NCBI GenBank assembly: GCA_030602585.1 | Contig: JAUVZJ010000006.1 | Coordinates: 444-64,443 of the forward strand | DNA from: Candidatus Methanophagales archaeon | GTDB lineage: Archaea; Halobacteriota; Syntropharchaeia; Alkanophagales; Methanospirareceae | DNA: 64,000 nt | Direction: 5' to 3' | In this document: piece by piece, positions 60,071 through 64,000 of the stretch | Position numbering within the stretch: position 1 is the first letter of the stretch | How the letters are laid out: every line of letters starts with the position of its first letter | Translations under genes and position numbers: made by a program | Notes under the pieces: generated by a model | Databases searched by the model: none | The model's input: the letters and a program-made list of their open reading frames with translations, nothing else | Told to the model about the DNA's origin: nothing

Positions 60071-60757
60071 ATGGACAGAGTTAGACCTTTTGTATTCATA
60101 AATGCCGCAATGAGCGCGGATGGAAAAATATCAACGGTGAAGAGGAAACAGACGAGAATAAGCGGCAAAGAAGACTTTGACAGGGTTGATTCACTGAAGG
60201 CGGAATGCGATGCAATAATGGTTGGCGTAGGCACTGTTTTAGCTGATAACCCTTCTTTAACTGTGAAATCAGAAAATAGGCGAGAAGAAAGGAAGAGCGC
60301 GGGAAAAGATGAAAATCCGTTGCGAATAGTGGTGGACGGCAGGGCGAGAACGCCTGTTGATGCAGAGATATTGAACAAAGGCGAAGGCAGACGAATAATT
60401 GCGGTTTCTGAACAGGCAATTGTAGAGGATTTGGACAGATTAGGCGAGAAAGCGGAGATTATGGTCTGCGGCAAGGAAGAAGTGGACTTAAAGAAACTTC
60501 TGTATATATTATTGCAGCGTGGTGTGAGCAGATTGATGGTGGAAGGTGGTGCAACGCTTAATTGGTCTTTGGTCTCGCAAAAGCTCGTTGACGAAATATA
60601 CATATACGTTGGCAATATGATAATAGGTGGCGAAGACGCACCGACACTTGTGGATGGTAAAGGGTTTGTTAAGGAAGACGCGATGGTAAAGCTGGAGCTT
60701 TTGAGTGCAGAGAAGATGGACGAGGGTGTTTTGTTGCGGTGGCGTGTTCGTAAGTAA
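60071..60757 (+). CDS. arfC: 2,5-diamino-6-ribosylamino-4(3H)-pyrimidinone 5'-phosphate reductase
   Basis: RPFVFINAAMSADGKI, MVGVGTVLADNPSL, LMVEGGATL. Confidence 0.9.
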   Translation: MDRVRPFVFINAAMSADGKISTVKRKQTRISGKEDFDRVDSLKAECDAIMVGVGTVLADNPSLTVKSENRREERKSAGKDENPLRIVVDGRARTPVDAEILNKGEGRRIIAVSEQAIVEDLDRLGEKAEIMVCGKEEVDLKKLLYILLQRGVSRLMVEGGATLNWSLVSQKLVDEIYIYVGNMIIGGEDAPTLVDGKGFVKEDAMVKLELLSAEKMDEGVLLRWRVRK

Positions 60758-60928
60758 CTGAGTAGGTGATGGTAAAATATGAAACTTCCTGACGGAATAA
60801 AGGATATAAACGATCTTGCCAAACACCCCAATCAACCCCAAAAGGCGGACTCATAATAGATGATTAAACATAGCTATCAAAAAACATTTTTCATTTTTTG
60901 TTTATAGATTCGTTAATTGTGCAAACAT

Positions 60929-61711
60929 TTAACCTCCACAAATCTTCTCAAATATCTCCTTCACCGCAACAACCGCTTTAGAATCCTTAGGCAGTTCTAT
61001 TATCGGCTTTCCTACCAAATCATACGCCCTTATGTTCTCGTCTTCGGGAACTGTTCCTATGAGCGTAAGCCCGCTATCTTTTACCATCGCAGGCAAGGCG
61101 TTCTTCACCGCTTCATCCTCCGTAACCTTGTTCAACACGAGATATATGTGCCGAAAGTTAATCTGCAGCTTCTCTGCAAGGTTCTTTATGGCTAATGCAG
61201 TGTCTATACCCCTTTTAGTGGGATCGCTAACCACGAGCATTGTATCCACGTCCCTTGTCGTTCTGCGGCTTAGATGCTCCAACCCCGCTTCGCAATCTAT
61301 CAGTATCGTAGGGAACCGAGCAGACAGTTTATCAATAAAATGCCTTAACATGTCGTTTATCAAGCAATAGCAGCCCGGACCTTCAGAACGTCCCATAGCT
61401 AATACCGAGAAAAGAGGTGTGTTTACCGTTATCTCCTCTATCTTATATTCAATCAACATATCAGTGGGCATCTGTTCAGAGAAAAATACGCCACTTGGCG
61501 ATGCTATCTCTTCCCTTACATCTCCTATCGTCTTATTTACTTTCACGCCTAACGTGCTTGGAAGACACGTTGCAGGGTCGGCATCTATCGCAAGCACTCT
61601 TCCTTTTCCATTTTCTGACAGGAATTTTAGCATTAACGATGCGATTACAGTTTTTCCCGTGCCTCCTTTTCCCGCTACTGCTATGATATTAGCCTTATCC
61701 CCTTTCATCAC
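60929..61711 (-). CDS. cooC: CooC/AcsF nickel-insertion ATPase
   Basis: GKGGTGKT, IDADP, GPGCYC, DCEAGLEHLSR. Confidence 0.88.
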   Translation of the reverse strand: MMKGDKANIIAVAGKGGTGKTVIASLMLKFLSENGKGRVLAIDADPATCLPSTLGVKVNKTIGDVREEIASPSGVFFSEQMPTDMLIEYKIEEITVNTPLFSVLAMGRSEGPGCYCLINDMLRHFIDKLSARFPTILIDCEAGLEHLSRRTTRDVDTMLVVSDPTKRGIDTALAIKNLAEKLQINFRHIYLVLNKVTEDEAVKNALPAMVKDSGLTLIGTVPEDENIRAYDLVGKPIIELPKDSKAVVAVKEIFEKICGG

Positions 61712-61773
61712 TTTTTCTAACTTCTTTCTCCTTCTCTCCAGAAACCTTATTAATTTATTGTTACTTCTTGTAT

Positions 61774-62697
61774 ATGAAAAGAGTCATGCCTACACCCGTT
61801 TACCTTGAAACTTACAGAAGCGGTGAGCTTGAAAAAAGGATAGAGAAATTTGAGGATATACTAAACGAGTGTAAACTGTGTCCAAGAGAGTGTGCCGTCA
61901 ACAGAAACAGAGGCGAGAAGGGCTATTGCAAATCCGATAAATATATGATGGTATCCAGCGTGCAGCCACATTTTGGAGAAGAAGACGTGCTGGTTGGGAC
62001 GCAAGGCTCGGGAACGATATTCCTTACAAACTGTAACCTTGGTTGCATCTACTGTCAAAACTATGACATAAGCCATTTAGGACATGGACAGAGGATGACG
62101 GAGGAGGATTTTGCGTTTAGCATGCTCGGTCTGCAAAAAAGAGAGTGCCATAACATCAATTTCGTTACTCCTACTCATTTCATACCGCAAATAGTGAAAG
62201 CGCTGAAAATAGCAGTTGAAAATGGGCTTCACGTCCCTCTCGTCTATAATTGCGGTGGTTACGAATCAAAAAGCACCATAGAGTTGTTGGATGGAATCGT
62301 GGATATATACATGCCTGACACAAAGTATGGCGATGTGGAAACTGCAAAGAAATACTCCAATGCACCTGATTACTTTGAGACGTGTAAAGAAGCGTTAAAG
62401 GAAATGCACCGTCAGGTCGGAGATTTAAAAGTGGACGAAAGGGGGATAGCGGTGAGCGGGTTGCTGATTAGGCATTTAGTGCTTCCGAATGGATTAGCAG
62501 GCTCTGCTGAAGTTTTGAAGTTCATTGCTACTGAAATATCGAAGGAATCATACGTAAATATAATGCTACAATATAGACCTATGTATAAGGCATACGAGTA
62601 TAAAGAACTGAACAGGGGGCTAAAAATGAGCGAATACCGCGAAGCAATAGATATTGCGAGGGAATGGGGGCTGCATAGGGGGTTTGAGCAGATATAG
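61774..62697 (+). CDS. PflX-like radical SAM protein
   Basis: CKLCPRECAVNR, HFGEE, CNLGCIYCQN, VTPTH, RHLVLP. Confidence 0.88.
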   Translation: MKRVMPTPVYLETYRSGELEKRIEKFEDILNECKLCPRECAVNRNRGEKGYCKSDKYMMVSSVQPHFGEEDVLVGTQGSGTIFLTNCNLGCIYCQNYDISHLGHGQRMTEEDFAFSMLGLQKRECHNINFVTPTHFIPQIVKALKIAVENGLHVPLVYNCGGYESKSTIELLDGIVDIYMPDTKYGDVETAKKYSNAPDYFETCKEALKEMHRQVGDLKVDERGIAVSGLLIRHLVLPNGLAGSAEVLKFIATEISKESYVNIMLQYRPMYKAYEYKELNRGLKMSEYREAIDIAREWGLHRGFEQI

Positions 62698-62741
62698 AAG
62701 GGGAGATGAAAGAATAAGGGAAAGAATTAAGAGGTAGTGGT

Positions 62742-64000
62742 ATGATGTTATCGCATAAAAGCGAACAAGGAGAAGAGATGGTCAAAGGTGAAGGTTTTTG
62801 TTTAGATGAAAAGTTGAAATCTCTTGACACCGAGGACTTCTATAATTTGGTACAAAATCTAATAAGGAAAAACACGGAAGTTCATAGATTGGTTTTGGAG
62901 TGGTTTAAAGAGAAAGCAAAGGCTTCAAGAGTTGCCGAAAAAGAAATAGTAACTCTAAATGACGAATTATTGATGGAATACTGGGAAAATGCTAAAAATA
63001 TAATCTCGGAATTCAATGAATATGGCGGCGGACCTGAAAAGGAAGAGGAGGAAGCCGATCATTGGCTAAATGAACTTTCAGAATTGATTGAAGAAGGTAA
63101 TATATCCGCAAACGCGAAGTTTGATTTTTTAGATGACGCTTTTGTGGAGTATGATAAGGATAACTCAGGTTTTGAGGATGCATTGAGGGATATATTTTTC
63201 GAGATTTGCGAGACGAATGAAGAATGGAAATATTTGGTGGAAAAACTGGCAAAACGTCCCTCTGATTGGCGAAAAAAGTTGATTATGACTATTCAGAAGA
63301 GCTATCTTTGCGATGAAAAAGCTTATTTAGAAACGCGTATGGAAAATCTCCATTACGGTATGGATTACTGGGATTTGGTGGAGTTCTATGTTAATAAGGG
63401 AGATTTGCAAAAGGCTTTGGAAACCGCAGAGCAAGGGATATTAAAAGGTGAGGGGAAGCTTACGGAACTGTTCCAATTTTTATTTGAGCATTTTGCTGAA
63501 AAAAGGGACACACCTAATATAGAACGAATCGTTCATACTGCGGTGACCCGGAAGAGCGAAGAGAAAAACATGCTGGACAGGCTATTTGAGTATTATAAGG
63601 CTCAAGGTAATTACGAAAAAGCAAAAGAAGCTCTGTTAAAGGCATATAAATTCATGCGATATGGAAACTACTATGCAGAATACAAGAAAATGAAGGCGTT
63701 TCTGAAGGATGCAGACTGGAAACAGATTGAGCCCAAAATCTTCAAAGATATTCAAGAAAAAGATATCTATGGCTATCTACGAATCTGCCTGGACAAAAAC
63801 ATGAAAGAAACTGTCCTGCATGGAATTTTGAATCCTCCTAAGAATCAATGGATAATGATAAATGAGTTTGATGAATTCGCAGCTAAGCTGGAAGAAGAAT
63901 TTCCAGAAAGGATTATAGAGTATTACTGGCAAAGCGCTTATAGAAACATCCCTGGTGGGAATAGAAATACTTATCGTATTGCATCAGGATATTTGGCTAA
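62742..64000 (+). CDS. Helical hypothetical protein running off the window end
   Basis: Frame read manually from ATG 62742/62778 (LMEYWENAKNIISEFNEYGGG...DYWDLVEFY...) and still open at 64000; missing from the ORF track because it has no stop. Confidence 0.7.
   Translation, partial: MMLSHKSEQGEEMVKGEGFCLDEKLKSLDTEDFYNLVQNLIRKNTEVHRLVLEWFKEKAKASRVAEKEIVTLNDELLMEYWENAKNIISEFNEYGGGPEKEEEEADHWLNELSELIEEGNISANAKFDFLDDAFVEYDKDNSGFEDALRDIFFEICETNEEWKYLVEKLAKRPSDWRKKLIMTIQKSYLCDEKAYLETRMENLHYGMDYWDLVEFYVNKGDLQKALETAEQGILKGEGKLTELFQFLFEHFAEKRDTPNIERIVHTAVTRKSEEKNMLDRLFEYYKAQGNYEKAKEALLKAYKFMRYGNYYAEYKKMKAFLKDADWKQIEPKIFKDIQEKDIYGYLRICLDKNMKETVLHGILNPPKNQWIMINEFDEFAAKLEEEFPERIIEYYWQSAYRNIPGGNRNTYRIASGYLA

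Noticed and set aside
60046-60831. Long antisense ORFs (also 17084-17710, 42787-43500, 50278-50955)
   Set aside because: Shadows of well-supported genes; Ser/Phe/Ile-rich and motif-free

Overview
Archaeal chromosome segment. Class I LysRS, aIF5B, Trm5, TrmI, an intron-containing tRNA-Tyr, a CooC/AcsF ATPase and a thiolase/DUF35/Hbd/crotonase cluster point to a Halobacteriota methanogen relative; ANME-1/Methanophagales or an alkane-oxidising Syntropharchaeia lineage is my inference. Housekeeping genes alternate with accessory blocks. (i) 1.2-15.6 kb is a defence island: RecQ, a large N6-adenine MTase, a nested GHKL-nuclease/T:G glycosylase/C5-MTase cassette, a PLD-SNF2 helicase and an unusual RNase HI-TPR-HEPN fusion. 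(ii) 19.2-24.9 kb is a hotspot: a broken IS200/IS605 TnpA, four co-oriented copies of a covarying 40-bp hairpin repeat separating small cargo genes, two MITEs with target duplications, an attC-like site and a truncated TA pair. (iii) 27-32.2 kb is an operon with a STAND-like ATPase carrying a nonsense codon, coupled to a SIR2 protein. (iv) An HD-domain gene is followed by a second attC-like site. (v) A second N6-MTase/nuclease pair lies at 52.4-56.3 kb. A shared ~70-80 aa module is inserted in two unrelated proteins, and the intergenic DNA holds several families of nested palindromic micro-elements. All calls come from reading motifs by eye; no database searches were run.
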